Under the pieces are notes generated by a model. That model searched no databases. It was not told where the DNA came from and was given only the letters and a program-made list of their open reading frames with translations. A stretch of 64,000 bases of DNA from an uncultured Methanosarcinales archaeon (lineage in GTDB: Archaea; Halobacteriota; Methanosarcinia; Methanotrichales; Methanotrichaceae): contig CAWJKV010000006.1 of the NCBI GenBank assembly GCA_963843555.1, positions 50,399 to 114,398 on the forward strand, in the 5' to 3' direction. The translations under genes and the position numbers were made by a program. Shown piece by piece: positions 62,811 to 64,000 of this stretch (its first letter is position 1; each line of letters begins with the position of its first letter).

Positions 62811-64000
62811 TCATCCTTCTAAATACACATAAGGCAAGATGTCATAGCTGTCAAGTGGAAGATTCGGATTATAGTAAGGGTCCCCCATTTGGATATACTT
62901 CTGCCATTTTTCTGTAAATTTTTTCGAATCATTTGGATGGTTATCTAAAGCGAACGATTTTCCCCTTGTGGAGGACTCATAATGATACAATTCAGCATAC
63001 GGTGTATATACATTCCCATATCCCAATTCCCGAACTCTAAGGCAAAAATCGATATCTCCAAAACCAATTTCAAAGTTTTCGTCGAACCCACCAATTTCAT
63101 TGAAAATGGCTCTTCTAGTCATTAAACAAGCCGCAGTTACTGCACTATAATTTCTAATGGAGACAAAATGACCCATATAACCTATATCATCTGAATTATA
63201 CCATTTATATATATGTTCCGCCCTTCCACCCCACCCTATAATGACACCTACATGTTGTATTTTTTTATCTGGATAAAGTAACTTAGCCCCAACACAACCT
63301 ATTTCATCCCGTTGAGATTGTTCAAGCATTGCTTCAAGCCAATCAGAGTTTAATATCTCTACATCATTATTTAAAAAAAGCAGATATTCGCCATTAGCAT
63401 ATTTGGCTGCATAATTATTCAATTTAGAATAGTTAAATTTTCACTGAATTTCAAAACTCTATAATTTTTGTACTTTTTCTGCAGGTAATCGAAATATTTG
63501 GCAGTTTCTACTTCTAGGCTCAAATTATCCACTATAATGACTTCGTAATTATCATAAGATGTTTTGTTTTCAATGCTTTCAACGCATCTCTTTAATAGGT
63601 CAACATGATCTTTGGTCGGAATAATGATACTAATTTTTGGATCACCAATAATCTCTCTCTTTAGTCTAAAGAAATTAAAATAATTTGTGCAATATACTTT
63701 CCCTTTAATGCACTCTCTATCGGCAAAGTCTTGTAGAGCTTTTCTACTCAACTCCATCACTTTTGGCTTAAGTAGATTTCCTGTACTTGATTCATGCTGT
63801 CTCCATTTGTATAAGATCTTTGGTATATGCGAAACATTTTTGGTTTCCGAAAGAACTCTTAAAAAAAGATCGTAATCCTGAGATACATTAAATTCACGTC
63901 TAAAACCACCTATCTTACTCAAAATATTTGATCTTATAACAACAAAATGGACGATATAGCAATGCGACAACATGTAATCAAGAGAAAAATCTGGCCTATA
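62811..64000 (-). CDS. Glycosyltransferase family 2 (tandem GT2 domains), partial, frameshift near 63430
   Basis: SQDYDLFLR, ISIIIPTKD, LLFLNNDVE, VGAKLLY, SAVTAACL, LYHYES.TRG; very AT-rich. Confidence 0.92.

Overview
Archaeal chromosome segment, most likely Methanothrix/Methanotrichaceae. This is inferred from methanogenesis marker 8, MtrA/MtrH paralogues, CooS-CooF, the aconitase X pair, aCPSF1-psmB, an intron-containing tRNA, and the secreted TPR/HEAT proteins. Core blocks are hisD-lig-hom-ACT; uppS, two tRNAs and aIF1A-RIO1-KH-S2P; trx-DUF1638-AcnX-mtxAH; cooSF; helicase-HTH-ArsR-aCPSF1-psmB; and larB/EndoQ. These alternate with accessory patches (0-5, 11-13, 16.7-21.9, 37.4-40.3, 47.8-51.9, 56-57, 59-64 kb) rich in toxin-antitoxin genes and remnants, GC-rich dispersed hairpin repeats, an IS481 remnant and secreted proteins. 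Many genes carry 1-bp frameshifts, probably long-read errors, so pseudogene calls based on frameshifts alone are weak. The most notable observations are four. (1) A ParA-partner cassette has phased NCTGGNN heptad arrays upstream of parA, inside parA and inside the partner gene, a candidate centromere system. (2) A TA island is built around a tandem stem-loop repeat family, and toxin genes break off at dispersed repeats. (3) aIF-1A appears to start at CUG. (4) There is a candidate anti-Shine-Dalgarno sRNA. All calls come from reading the sequence; no database searches were run.
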